Shown: positions 12,377-27,613, numbered from the stretch's first letter. The stretch: DNA of 64,000 nt from Octopus vulgaris (GCA_951406725.2 OX597828.1:8060001-8124000); one strand, 5' to 3'. Made by a program: numbers and translations. Notes: generated by a model from the sequence alone, not told the origin.

Positions 12377-13659
12377 TGATGATGATAATAATAATAATAA
12401 TAATAATAATCATAAACGAAAACATGCACGCGCACACAGACTCACACACACACATATATATATATATATATACACATGTGCGTGTGTGAGTGTGTGTGTG
12501 ATCACGTATATATGCGTAATTGTGTGCGTCTGTGCGTGTGCTTTGGTATTTTTACAATAACTTGATGGCGGCCCTAAAACTGTGTTATTAAGGCTTAGAA
12601 AGTTGTAAATAGTAACCTCGACCTTTTTTAAAACGCATTCTGCCTATCTGTGCATCTATTCTATCTATCTACCTACTTATCCGTGTATACACATAATACA
12701 TATATGAATTTATAGTCACGTGGAAATACACGCACATATGCAAAGACACACACACACACACATAGGTAGTACTGGAATCGATTGCTAGCGAGACATTTCT
12801 ATAGGGCTGACGGTAAAGGAAGGTTAGGAGGTGGGATAAAGAAGGATGAGAGAAGGAGATACAGAAAGCAAAAGACAGGACGCGTAAAAACTAGAGGGAA
12901 CGACCAGTGATTGATTAAGTGACAAAGAAAAATAAACATATCAATAGAATGAAATCAAATAGAGAAACATAAATTCATGCAGAGATGTTTCTGTTATACA
13001 TTAAGCAACATTTTTCTTCTGAGCTGGGAGATTCTAAACAAATCTGTATATCGTGACCTCGGGGTTTAAATCTAAAAGAATTCGCCAGAAGACCATTGAA
13101 AAATCTCCGGCGATTGTTTTCATTTTGCTATATTTCATTGTCTCTATTTCTTCAATTACTATTTTTTCTCCTATCCAACTGAGATGTCACGCTGCCACGT
13201 TTTTCTATGAACTATTATATCAACAGATGAAAAAGAAGAAGGAAAAATTGAAAGGAAAATAGAAAACAGAAAAAAAAAAATATCCTAGAAAACATTATGA
13301 GATTTTTGCTAAAACGTAGACTGTTAACAATGTCAACATTTGGGCTTAAAGATCTATTTTAATTAAATGGTAACGTTGAAAATCGGAAAACGAAGATAAA
13401 TAAATAAATTATGTTTGTTCATACCGATGTCTTTTGGAAAGACGTTTAACTGTGACTTACATGACAAACAAAATTAAATGACTTACCCGGAGACAGCAAA
13501 ACACAACACCTGCAGTGGGGTCCATGAATCATGAACTTCAAATTTATTTGTTCCTGCTTAGTCTACATAATAACAATATGTATTCCTCTGAATAAGTATG
13601 ATTCAGTGTCTCCCGCCTTCTTTGTGTGCATGCATATATACATTTACTTATACATATAC

Positions 13660-13705
<46 letters not shown>

Positions 13706-13926
13706 ATATATATATATACATTTTTATATATATATTGTGTGTGTGAGCAGGCGCGTGCGTGTGTGTGTGTGTGTGTGTGTGCGTTTGTGAGTGCGAGTGT
13801 GTGCGAGTGTGTGTGTGTGTGTGTCTGTGTTTGTGCGTCTATGTGTGTATGTACATGCACACACACTTATATGTGTATATATATATTTAAAAAACACGCG
13901 CGCGTACACACACACACACACACATA

Positions 13927-14537
<611 letters not shown>

Positions 14538-15649
14538 TATACAGTGATGCATACAGCAATGTAATTCACCACTGTGCCGTTGGCTATTTCTTCTCCATCT
14601 TTGGACTTTTCGCTTTTACGTTTCCGACAAAGATCTATGCTCGAAACATCAAACTGTCTCTCATCTGTTGAAGGGAGTTGCGACATAGGTGGCGCCAAAC
14701 TCAATCACCCTTTGCCTTTCCATTGGATAACATCAATGGCGTGGTGAGAGGATGCTGTTATGCATGGGCAACCGCTGGTCTTCTACAAAAACAATCTTGC
14801 GCGGACTTGCGCCTCAGACGGTAACATTTTAGGTGCAAACCCATGGACATTCGTGACCGAAGCGGGCCTTTTCATTCATGTATATAAACACACGCAAAAT
14901 GCAGATATATCGCATTATACACCTACATAACCGCAAGTACATTACTTCTGGTATGGATAACAAATCGTCACACTGATTCGTTTCACGATGAAGAGTTTAC
15001 CATGAACAATTTTGTCTCCTTTTAAAACCAATTCTTCTCCCATTTGTGTCTCATTTGCCACACATTAACGAGAAATACAATTTAGTTCCACAGACGATTT
15101 CCCCTTTTTAATTTCCTGTATTGTCATCGAAAATGAGCCACGGTGCGAAAAGAAGTAGACTTTTATTGTTTCAGTCGTTATAACTCCGTTTTGCTTAGAT
15201 TATTTAACACACTGATGGAGATACAGGATGATATTTTTACTATTACCCTACATGTATTCTAGTGAGTCTGCAGCATGCATACAGACCCACAACACCCTAC
15301 TACAAGATGCCAAATTTTGATCATAAAAAGGATACCTGAACAAGTCTATCAAACAACAGGTTACATTAGAGTTAAGAAAGCAAGACATGAGGTTAGATAT
15401 ACTTATATTTTCGCTATTGCAGCGTTTTGGGTTTGTATCATTTTATCGACGCGAATAGATAAAATGCAAAATTGACAAAGGGTCCTTTTTTAATTCAGAT
15501 CATTTGAACTCAGTGTAATATGCTCGAAGATCTAACGACTCTATCAATGTGTTTCTGGGTATAGGTATATAATGGATACGATTATATGGAATTATATGTA
15601 TACATAGGAGCTTGTGTGTGTGTGTGTGTGTGTGCGTGCGTGTGTGTGC

Positions 15650-15690
<41 letters not shown>

Positions 15691-16084
15691 TGTCTGTCTC
15701 TGTGTGTGCATAACTTGTACTCCGAAGACAACCATAGCTAAAGAAATGTGAAGATGAAAATATGTTACACCTTCGTATTACGTAAACCTTGTTCCGATTT
15801 GTTACGGAAACCTGCGAAGTGCACATATACTTCCTGCATTCCCTACACGTAACAATTTAAAACCGCCTAATTAGCAATTTGATTGCTAAGTCGTGAGTTT
15901 TATAATGGCAGTTATCTTATCAAAACTTCCATCGAATTCCATTTGGGACGAACTGTTTCAAATATGTTGATCGAGTATCATCCACTCCATGTCATCTATA
16001 CATGTCATGTACATCCCCAATGCTAACTAACCGACTATAACAAGATCTTTGCGGATCACGCTACTCTATTACAACACACCCACA

Positions 16085-16130
<46 letters not shown>

Positions 16131-16248
16131 CGCATATGTATTTGCATGTATGTATATATAATATATGAATACACACACACGCCACATACACATAATATAT
16201 ATATATACATGTGCGTGTGTGAGTGTGTGTGTGATGAAGTATATATGC

Positions 16249-16299
<51 letters not shown>

Positions 16300-16951
16300 C
16301 GTATGCATCTATGTATGTACATACAGTCATATCCACATGAGTGAGTGCTCGTATTTTCATGATTCAGTTAATCTCTTGATACATACTTAATGAAAAGTGA
16401 ACGTTGGCAGTCATTTTCTCCTGTGGCTTGGGTTAAATACGAATTTCTTTTATCGCTTTCTATCTAGTAACATACACACACATTTCCTCAGACGCAAACA
16501 CAGTCGCTTACATCCATGTACATCACTTTCGAATCACTATGTAATATCTCTGGTGCTAGACATTAGAAATTCGCCGAATTCTACTTCAGCTCGGTTATAA
16601 AGTGATTTTGATATCAAATACGTAAATGTTACGCATAATATATGAGTGTACTTCAGTTTTGATAGAAAGATAGTGAATGCCAAGAGGAGTATATTTTCTG
16701 AAAGTCACACAGTCAGCTAAAATACTGGTTTGATTTTTGCTAGATAATTCGTAGATAATTGTCCCTGATGAATAATTACATATCAATATATATCAATATA
16801 TATGTAGATATTCACACACACTTACACACAAGGACACACATACACACACACTTATCTATGCATGTGTATGTATACTTGTATATGTGTATTTTCTTGTATG
16901 TGGATATATGTGTGCGAGCGTGCATGCAAGAATGTATGTATGTGTGTGTGT

Positions 16952-17004
<53 letters not shown>

Positions 17005-17149
17005 CACATATAAGTATATGTGTATATAGTATACGTATACAAATTTTATAATACCTCTAATTTGAAGAAAGTGAATGAACGAAACTCTCGGCCCTTGAAT
17101 CCTTTCGCAACTTCTTCCAAATCAATGAAAAGATATGTATATATGTATG

Positions 17150-17268
<119 letters not shown>

Positions 17269-17290
17269 TGTGAGAGAGATACAGAACGAC

Positions 17291-17343
<53 letters not shown>

Positions 17344-17508
17344 TAGAGATATACATATACATAATGTATACTTGTATATGTATATATGTATAATCATAAG
17401 TTTAGGCGAATCTGTCGCTATCCCTCTCTCTCCATCCCTCCTATTCTCTCATTCTTTCTTTGTATGTATGTATGTATGTATGTATGTATGTATGTATGTA
17501 TGTATGTA

Positions 17509-17575
<67 letters not shown>

Positions 17576-18149
17576 CTGTATATATATGTATATATATGTA
17601 TATATTTATATATCTATATATGATGGGATGGAACAAATTTATAAGACACCCACATTTCTCTATTCAAAATCTTTTAGAAACATTTTATCTACCATAAAAT
17701 ATTTATTCATTGAAGTATTTTATTACTCAATTAAATATAAGATAAATATAAACCGGAATCCGAGCTTTCGATAGTCGATAATTCATTGAAAATTGCTAAA
17801 TATAACTTGATACCATTTAACTCTTTCGGAATCAGTTATTTGTAAACATTTAAGTACTATTGTTGTCTTTGTATCTCTTTCCTGAATACGGAAGATATTC
17901 TCAGCGAATGTTCAGTTTAACGCAACGCTTCGGTATGATGTTAAAGCAAATTCTGGGAAAATAAAATGAAAAGAAATAAAATTATACAAATATCTGTTCA
18001 TACAATAAAACGGAATTGAATGCGTATACATATACATGCCATACAGGTGATTGTTGCTTAGTTGATTTTATACGTGGGAGTGAATGTGTTTGTGTGTGAA
18101 TGTGTGCGTTCAGGCGCACGTATGTATATATGTATGTATGTATTTTTTG

Positions 18150-18365
18150 TCTTTTATCTTTCGTAGCTGTTTCAGTCATTAGAATGCGGCCATACTGGGG
18201 CGACGCCTTGAAGAATTTCTTTTTAGGCAAACGAATCGGCCTCAGTACTTATTTAATAAGCCCGGTACTTATTCTATCAATCTTTTTGCCCAACCACTAA
18301 GTTAAGAGGACGTAACCATCACCAGCTGTTGTCAAGTGGTGGTGGTGAAGAAACACAAGCACACA
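18150..18365 (-). mobile_element. SINE family A 3' half
   Basis: tgtttcagtcattagaatgcggcc...gtacttattctatc...ttgtcaagtggt. Confidence 0.78.
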
Positions 18366-18368
18366 CAG

Positions 18369-18409
<41 letters not shown>

Positions 18410-18470
18410 GAGAAAGAGAGAGAGAGGGAGAGAGAGAGAGAGAGAGAGAAAGAGACATATGTATACACAC

Positions 18471-18527
<57 letters not shown>

Positions 18528-20949
18528 AAGTAACAAACAAGTAAACTACCACCACCTAACAAAGGGTTTCGATTGGTATGTGTTTGAGATGTAATGAAGT
18601 GTATTTCGATGGTTGTGGATTGTACTTACCTGGCTGTATCGTACGTTGTTTTTTTATTGTAATTGTTGTACGATTGAATAGTTCATAATACAGACAATTG
18701 AATTAATTTTTACAATCCAGCCTTCGATGTCCACAGACTTGAAGATGCTTCTCTGGAAAGCACAATGGTCTGAGTAAAATGTACGATATGTATTGGCATT
18801 TAAAAGAAAGGTTAGCAATAATAATTAATTGTCCTGTCAAGAGACGTATATTGCCCTACCTTCTCTGCACATGCGTATTTACTATATTCAGTTATAGATA
18901 AGATGGATGTAAGTTTATATCTATATCTACTCTCATCCCAAAAATACAAACATACACCATTGGTTGTACACAAAGGTGATTCACATAGCAGAACTTATTC
19001 CCTTTATTCGAAGTTGAATATCTACAGCGTTGTAACTTAAAACACATTTTTGCTATGTGTATTCACTTAGGCGACAAATGGGTTAGATATTCGCATCCAT
19101 GAGTGAATTACTCGTTTCTGTTATACGTGTGTAAATGTATGTACATTTCTGTGTGGGAGCGCATTCATGTATTTCAGCAAATGCTATCTATTTTCATATT
19201 ACGTAACTTACATGGTTTTATAAACGACATTCCCTCAGTTCTAATCCTGTTACCAATATTGTTTCTACTCTGTTTTAAGATGGGGATATAGCAAAAAGAA
19301 AAAAAAAAAAGAAAAGAAAAATCCCTGAAAAGCAGGCGGTTCATTTGCGTTGTTATATATATTATCTTTTTTTTTTTTGTTTCCCTTAAAGTTTACTTAC
19401 ATCTTCGTCCTCTCATTTATCTATCTTATTATCATCTGTTCGTCGACCGTCTGCTTCTCTCAATCATCACTGCCATTACTTCAGACTATCACTTCCGGTG
19501 TGTTTGTCACACTCTTGTATCATGTCAACACTTTCAGTAATTTCCGCTATATTCCGGCTCCAATATTTTGTAGCCGTCATCTCGTTTCCGTCACATATTT
19601 CTCTCTAAACTTGAAGGAACCAACAAAAGTATAAATTAAATGAATAAAATAAAATAAAAAAAAGAATTACTTTCTGTCCTTCGACGGTTGTTTATCAACT
19701 TGATTCTTTCAGCACCAGAGATATTTCAGCCGATAGTCACGGTTAGTTCAAGACAGGTGTAGGGAGGCCTGGTGTGAACTTTGTACTTTTCTGTAGCTTC
19801 TATGGCAGTCTCTCATAGGTTAACAGCTTTGTTCCACATCTCTCTTCTCTTTTATCATCTTCATCAACATCATCACCATCATTGCCATTATCTTCAGCAT
19901 TATCATCATGCTGAGCCTCTTTATCTTCCTTTTCCCCATATTCTTTCTTTCTTTCTTCCTTTCTTTTTTTGTTACGTTCTTCCTTCCTTCCTTCCTTTCT
20001 TACTTTCTTTCTTTCTTCTGGTTCTTTGAATTCTTCTTTTCCTTTAGTTCTCCTCCTCCTCCTCCCTTCTTCTCTTTCTTCTTCTCTTTCTTCTTCTTCC
20101 CCACTCTACCCTCCCCTCCACCCCCTTCTCCTCCTACTTTTCCCCTCCTCTCCTCCTCTTCCTCTCCTCCACCTCATACTCCTACCACCACCACCACCAC
20201 CACCACCACTACCACCACTACTTTCTCCCCCTCTTCCTTTAACCCACTCCCTACTCCCCCCCTTTCTTTACATCATATTCACTTCCACTATTTTCCTTCC
20301 TAATTTACTTCACTTCCATTCGTCTTCATATTGTCTTTTCCATTTCTTTCAGCTTGCTGCAGTTCTATTTCTTTCGTCGTCGTCGTCGTCGTCGTCCACC
20401 TCCCCTTCCTTCCGTCCAACGTCGTCGTCACCATCGTTATCGTCTTCGCCATTATCAGCATCAGCAGCATCACGCGCATCATCATCATCTTCGTTATCAT
20501 CTTCATCATCGTTGCTTTCCCAATTTTCCGTAATTATTTTCTCCCTCAACCATAACAAGCACCGACACCAACACCACTCTACTGTGTACAAAAGCATAGG
20601 TAACAGCAATACGAATGGATTTCTGCTGCTGCTGCTACTACCACCACACTTTCCACCACCACCACCACCACAACCACCACCACAACCACCAACGTGCTGG
20701 GTCATTGTCAAACTGTTGGCGTGTGCATCTTCATTTGATCAATACCAAGTTGCAGGATTTTAAAAAAATGATATTTTTGTAACATTTGTTGGGCATAAAA
20801 GTTAGTGTTCACAGCATGACCATCTTGGAGAAGCTCAAAGTGCAATGCCTACTCAAAATTCCACTAAACACAAAATGACAAATCACACAACCCGGGATGC
20901 TGTAGCAAGCCATTCACAATTTGAAACGAGGAGCTGATTGAAAAGGTTT

Positions 20950-21170
20950 GGCGAATATTTATGGAAGATTGTTGAGTAACAATCCAGAAAAATTGTTCTC
21001 GAAGTAGGAGTAAGTTTAGGATCAGTGCATTCCATTTTAACGGAGGAATTGTGCATGTGGAGAGTGTCGGCGAAATTCGCTCCCAAAGTGCTGGCAGATC
21101 TGCAGGAGCAACTCCTAATGGAACTTGCTGGATTGTGCAAACCACGACCCAGACTTCATGAAAGAATTGT
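20950..21170 (+). mobile_element. Mariner transposase fragment (second HTH and WVPH-like linker)
   Basis: Translates to VTIQKIVLEVGVSLGSVHSILTEELCMWRVSAKFAPKVL...LLDCANHDPDFMK. Confidence 0.78.
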
Positions 21171-21391
21171 TCATGCATGCGCATGTACGTTACCTTCCAC
21201 TTAAAAGATTTTCTCTGCGCGGGATTAGTTTTGGCGGGAAATACTAAAATCGGATAGTTTTTGATTGTACTAAGGTTTTTCTGCTATGAGACAGCACCAG
21301 ACAAGACATGCGCGGAAGTAACACTAATGGAAAAGTTTGTATAGGATGTGAAAAGGATTTAGAAAGAAAGAAAGAAAGAAAGAAAGAAGGA

Positions 21392-21438
<47 letters not shown>

Positions 21439-21537
21439 GAAGAAAGAAAGAAAGAAGATGGAAGGATGGAAGAAAGATAAAAATATAAACTGAAACGTGA
21501 GAAAGCAAATCGTATCCCGTATAATCGTTATGTATAT

Positions 21538-21733
21538 ATTCTTTTACTCTGTTACTTGTTTCAGTCATCTGATTGCGGCCTTGCTGGAGCACCCACCGCC
21601 TTGAAAGGTTTTAGTTGAATACAAGCTTTGTACTTATTCTATCAGTCTGTTTTGCCAAACCGCTAAATTAATAGGATGTAAAAACACCAACGCTGGTTGT
21701 TAAGTGGTGATGGGGAAATAAACGGACACAAAG

Positions 21734-21740
<7 letters not shown>
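21538..21740 (-). mobile_element. SINE family A 3' half
   Basis: cttgtttcagtcatctgattgcggcc...gtacttattctatc. Confidence 0.78.
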
Positions 21741-21792
<52 letters not shown>

Positions 21793-22675
21793 GAGAGAGA
21801 GAGAAATAGATAGAGAGCTAGATACAACACAGTCGGTATACCACGGGTTAAGCCTTGATATTCCAAAGGAAGTATTCATGTACTTATATATCAAAACACC
21901 ATACTCACACTCTCACGCATATACACACATACACAAGCACATATATGCATATATATATATATATATATATGTCAAGATGGTGTTATGTATCTCACCTTCG
22001 CATATCATGCTCGTTATTCTCCTTTACTCTTTAGACTTCCTTTCTTCTATACTCTCCAGTATCTTTTAAAACTCTCACTTCAGCTCTTGGTGCTCTTTGA
22101 ATCTCTCTCTCTCTCTTTCTCTTTCTCTCTCCCTATCACACGTCGTTCCTCGATATCTCAGTAGTTCTACCTTTCCCCCAGCAGCTCCACTCCTTCTCTG
22201 CTGTCCCACCTACACACATGCTCAGCCGTATAGTTCACTGACTTAAGTGTCATTTCTCCTGACATTAAAACTGTCATCTGTCTATGACACCTGAATATAG
22301 TGGCCAACCTTGGGAGACACTTTGAAATCGATTGTTACAACGGATATATCAATATCAAGAAGCAGAAACATCAGCAACAACAGCAACAACTGCAACAATA
22401 ATAACTGCTGCAGCTTTAACTCTATCACAAACAACAACAACTAAAACAACAGCAACAGCCGAATCAGCAACGACAATGGTGGCCATTTTTCCTTCAACAA
22501 CAGAAGCAGTTAAAATATCAACAACAGCAATGTTAATATGAACAACATAAAAGACAAAAAAAAGAACAACCAAAAAAAAAAACAGTAGCAATTAAAATAC
22601 AGAATCAGAAATATCCTTCGTTCTTTGCCCGCCTTCACATCACCCTCTTCCTCCTCGCATCGTCGACGTCACCCT

Positions 22676-22707
22676 CATGATCATCATGATCATCATCATG
22701 ATCATCG

Positions 22708-22745
<38 letters not shown>

Positions 22746-22966
22746 GTCGTCGTCGTCATCATCATCATCATCATCATCATCTTCTTCATCGTCATCGTCA
22801 TCATCCATCATCATCATCCTCATCATCATCATCGTCGTCGTCGTCGTCATCGTCATCATCAACATTATCATCATTATCATCATCATCGTCGTCGTCGTCG
22901 TCGTCATCAACATCATCATCATCATCGTCGTCGTCATCGTCATCGTCTTTATCATCATCATCATCG

Positions 22967-22999
<33 letters not shown>

Positions 23000-23032
23000 A
23001 CGTCATCATCATCGTCATCGTCGTCGTCGTCG

Positions 23033-23063
<31 letters not shown>

Positions 23064-23066
23064 TAT
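22676..23066. repeat. (CAT)n/(CGT)n compound microsatellite
   Basis: Direct inspection; followed by (CAG)n at 23123-23170, an 18-bp unit agcattagcagcagtagc at about 23300-23375, and (CAT)n at 23525-23632. Confidence 0.95.
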
Positions 23067-23120
23067 CGTGGTCGTCGCTTTCACCATCAAAAAGAAAATA
23101 GTAACAATTGCAACGGACAC

Positions 23121-23171
<51 letters not shown>

Positions 23172-23534
23172 CAATATCCCTCGAACCACCACCACTGAGA
23201 ACAAGAACAACGAAAACAAGTTAACCATCAGCTGCTGGAGAAGTTGCAACAACAACAAAAATGAATGAAACATCAAAATCAGAACAGCGTCAGCAGGAAC
23301 AGCATTAGCAGCAGTAGCAGCATTAGCAGCAGTAGCAGCATTAGCAGCAGTAGCAGCATTAGCAGCAGTAGCAGCAGCGGTAGCAGGGGCGTAGGAACAA
23401 TAATAATAGTAACAATAACCGCAACCACACATGGAGCATTGTACAAGAAACATAAAGATCACGTGCCTGTCACCACGTGTCTCACATTGGCTCAAAATAT
23501 AATTTTAAAAAACGATTTATTGACGTCGTCGTCG

Positions 23535-23628
<94 letters not shown>

Positions 23629-24234
23629 TATCATTATATACAGCAGCCTGGGAAATAGTAAGAACAACTGCGTCAGCAGCTAGAATCTAACGAGAAAGCT
23701 TGTGCGTGGTCACTTGACCGGTTTGAAATAGCGGCCAAATTTCCGCTTGCTGTTATAACTAAGTAAAGGACACTTTTTGTTTCTTACAAAACGTCATGGT
23801 TTTTTCCTATAAAAGGTCATGGTTGGAATGACTTCAATCAAAATGGCTGCTCGATTATGGTTGACCTAATGTTAACCATGAACAACAACAACAACAACAA
23901 CAACATCAGCAGCTGCAGCAGCAATATGAAGGACAACAATTACGACAGTATCAATAAATGCGTCAACGACAGCCAGAAGCAAATCAACATGTTCACTCAA
24001 CCTGAGAGAAAAAGTAACCAAATTGTCTCCTATCACAACATTCGCCTTAAAAGCGTGTTGTTGCAAAATTGGAGTGCATTCATCATAGATTATCTCAAAC
24101 AATGTTGCCCTTCGATAAAATAGCAAAATCACCTAGAGAACATAAAAAGCAATCTTTCTAGGAACAGCATGGAGATTAGCGACATCAACTTCAGTCGGTA
24201 AAACGTCCATTCCTGTCTGCTAGAAAGAAAAACG

Positions 24235-24667
24235 GGATCTTTTCGGTTTGAACGGCAGTTTTTAACATAATTTCCACGTAACTAAACACTCTTAAACTTC
24301 GTATACTGGTAGAATGTGTTGATAAAACATCTTTTTCTCTTAGCTTTATTGAGAAAATTCTATACTTTGTAAGATATTTGTTGTTTTTTTTCTTCAATTT
24401 CTGCAATTTCAACCAATCACTGACGTGTATTGAGGTGAAAAACATTCTGTGCTGTATGAATATGTCCCTCGTTGAAGAAACATATTGGGTTTATTTACAT
24501 TTCTGAAGAAAAAAGATATCCTTCCCCCACCCCTAACCCTTCCCCCCTAACTAACCTTAACCCTAAAACAGATTGAAATGCAATAGATCGATACTAGGGT
24601 CATAATTATGGGTGACAATTTCATATGACACCGCTTGGAAAAACTGCCGTTCAAAACGAAAAGATCC
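24235..24667. mobile_element. 433-bp MITE with ~29-bp TIRs and an 8-bp TSD (Merlin-like GG termini)
   Basis: TIR ggatcttttcggtttgaacggcagttttt versus aaaaactgccgttcaaaacgaaaagatcc (1 mismatch). TSD gaaaaacg at 24227-24234 and 24668-24675. Confidence 0.88.
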
Positions 24668-24909
24668 GAAAAACGTTATGTTCAATGCGTAATATTAATG
24701 GTGACTCCATAAATATATGATGATAATAATGATGACGACGGCGACGATGATGAGAGTGATGATGATGACGATGAAGAGTAGGGGGTTGACGTTGATGATG
24801 ACGATAATGAAGAGGAGAAGAATGGCATTGATGATGAGCAGGAGGTAGAGGGGAATGACGATAATGATCGTAAATTTTATTTAATTTTGTTTAATTTTGT
24901 TTAATTATA

Positions 24910-25073
24910 GGCGCAGGAGTGGCTGTTTGGTAAGTAGCTTGCTTGCCAACCACATGGTTCCGGGTTCAGTCCCACTGCGTGGCACGTTGGGCAAGTGTCT
25001 TCTACTATAGCCTCGGGCCTACCAGAGCCTTGTGAGTGGATTTGGTAGACGGAAAACTGAAAGAAGCCCGTCG

Positions 25074-25105
<32 letters not shown>

Positions 25106-25117
25106 CATGTATGTATG

Positions 25118-25157
<40 letters not shown>

Positions 25158-25363
25158 AGAGTGTGTGTTTGTGTGTCTGTGTTTGTCCCTTCAACACCGC
25201 TTGACAACCGATGCTGGTGTGTTTACGTCCCCGTAACTTAGCGGTTCGGCAAAAGAGAACGATAGAATAACGTACTAGGCTTACAAAGAATAGGTTCTGG
25301 GGGTTGATTAAAGGCGGTGCTCCAACATGGCCGCAGTCAAATGACTGAAACAAGTAAAAGAGT
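24910..25363 (+). mobile_element. SINE family A, full length
   Basis: Match to 1434-1842. Confidence 0.92.
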
Positions 25364-25817
25364 AATTTGTTTATCTTAGTCAAAATTACTTATTTCTTGT
25401 AAGATGACAGTATTATCTTGTTAGTCGAGAACCGGATAAAAATCGTCGACATTATTGAATGATAGGGTGGGAAACGGTACGACTGCTTCCCTCTCCCACT
25501 CAATTTGTTGAAACTTAAGGCAAGGGGTGAAAGCACGATCATAATGAAGGGATTTACTCTTAACATACTTCTGTTGATCGGAAAATAACAGCTGGGAGAA
25601 GGTACTTCCTTGCCCTTTATTTGTAAGGGTAATTCCGGATCTGTATGCAAGCTTGATGAAACCAAAGTAGATTTACCACTTACTGGGGACATCATATGCA
25701 TGTTTTTTTGTTTTCTTTTTATCTTATTCTTATGATTCGCCTTTTCCTTTTTTCTTGCTACTGTTTTGTATTCGGGGTTATTGTGCAGTTCATTTTGGCC
25801 ATTCAAGATATCAAGCT

Positions 25818-26182
25818 CATCACCACCGCCACCACCACCACCACCACCACCACCACCACCATCACCACCGCCATCATCATTATCATCATCATCATCATCA
25901 ACACCACCACCACCATCATCATCATCACCACCACCACCACCACCACCACCACCGCCACCACCGTCACCAACGCCACCACCACCACCACCACCACCATCAT
26001 CGTCATCATCATCATTATCATCACCACCACCACCACCACCACCACCAACACCACCACCACCACCATCATCACCACCACCACCAACACCATCATCATCACC
26101 ACCACCACCACCAACACCACCACCACCACCACCACCACCAACATAACCACCACTACCACCACCACCACCACCACCACCACCA
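25818..26182. repeat. (ACC)n/(ATC)n compound microsatellite
   Basis: Direct inspection; source of the poly-G/P/H/T ORFs. Confidence 0.95.
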
Positions 26183-26189
26183 AGAAGAA

Positions 26190-26401
26190 TGTGAGCTGGC
26201 AGAATCGTTAGAACACCGGGTGAAATTTCTAGTAGCAAGTCGCCTGTCTACACGATCTGAGCTCGAAATTCCATCGAGGTCGACTTTTGCCTTTTATCCT
26301 TTCCTGGTTGATAGATCAAGTACCAGTGAAACACGGCGGTTGATGTAATTGACTTGTTTCCGTCCTCAAAATTTCAGGCTTTGCGCCTTTTAGTAGGAAG
26401 G

Positions 26402-26405
<4 letters not shown>
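26190..26405 (+). mobile_element. SINE family B, monomeric
   Basis: gtgagctggcagaatcgttag head, core, tail aaatttcaggctttgcgcc...agtaggaagg, then (ATT)n. Confidence 0.82.
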
Positions 26406-26434
<29 letters not shown>

Positions 26435-26639
26435 GATATTATAACCGTTGTTGTTGTTGTTTTTGCTACTGCTCCTGCTGATAAAGTTGTTGTCATTCTA
26501 CATTGTTACTGCTATTTATTATCATTTATACACTAATAGGTTTTTATTGTTTCGTTTTCCTTTCCTTTGTATTTTGCCTTTCTACTGTTTTGGGCCCTTG
26601 TTTCCAATAAAAGAAACCATAATTATTGCTGCTGCTGTA

Positions 26640-26753
26640 GCTGTTGTTGTTGTTTTTGTTGTTGTTGTTGTTGTTGTTGTTCTTCTTCTTCTTCTTCTTC
26701 TTCTTCTTCTTCTTCTTCTTCTTCTTCTTCTTCTTCTTCTTCTTCTTCTTCTT

Positions 26754-26842
<89 letters not shown>

Positions 26843-26852
26843 CATCATTATT
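26640..26852. repeat. (GTT)n(CTT)n(ATT)n compound microsatellite
   Basis: Direct inspection. Confidence 0.97.
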
Positions 26853-27613
26853 ATTTCATATTTTTATTAATCGCATCAGCCCTAATTCGATGTCGTTATC
26901 TCGAATGTATGTTGTTGAAAACAGAGAGTAAAATACGGGAAAGATAAGCGGTAATTCGACAGGAAGTAGGAAATTTCTTCTGATTGTGTCGCTTATCTCC
27001 AAATGTTTGTCAAAGATTCATTCAATGCCCCGATACAAATATAATAATAGGAAACATAATGAAATTTTGCAGTCACACACATACACAAAAAATTTATAGA
27101 GGAACTCAATGCACATAAACAACGCATATTTTGTTTCCTTACCATTGGGACAATGCCACGTATTTTTGGAGAAATGTATGAATCATTTATTGATTGGATG
27201 ATTGACTCCGCACATGAGGGCTACAATGTTATAGCGGCCCACTCACCCGAGCAAGAGGAAAGCGAAGACAAAGTCGCTATCGGGAATTACGTGCCACAAA
27301 GTTATGTAACTGGAGATTAATACTGCAATGTATCTTTTTGATGGGTGCAGAGAAATTTTGTTCGGTCAGCCAGTACTGAAACACGCAAGCACACACAGAC
27401 ACAGTAGTACGCACGCACATACACTCGTACGCACACACACACACACACACAATACACATACACACAAGCAACATATACACACAGACAACAAACAGAGACA
27501 GCACGTATACACACACTTTAGCATATCCATTTATTTCCTCTGTTTATCATTCCTTCTATTTTTCTGCTGAAGTACTGAGATTCTGTACCAAAGGTTCCTC
27601 CACCGGTGGGGCC

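Noticed and set aside
19969-20763. 264-aa Pro/Ser-rich ORF
   Set aside because: Low-complexity CT/ACC/TCG repeats; overlapping ORFs in other frames and on the other strand.
22625-23690. Poly-His/Ser/Asp/Gln ORFs
   Set aside because: Trinucleotide repeat artefacts.
25390-26348. Gly-, His- and Pro-rich ORFs resembling structural proteins
   Set aside because: Translations of the (ACC)/(ATC) microsatellite with no recognisable domain.
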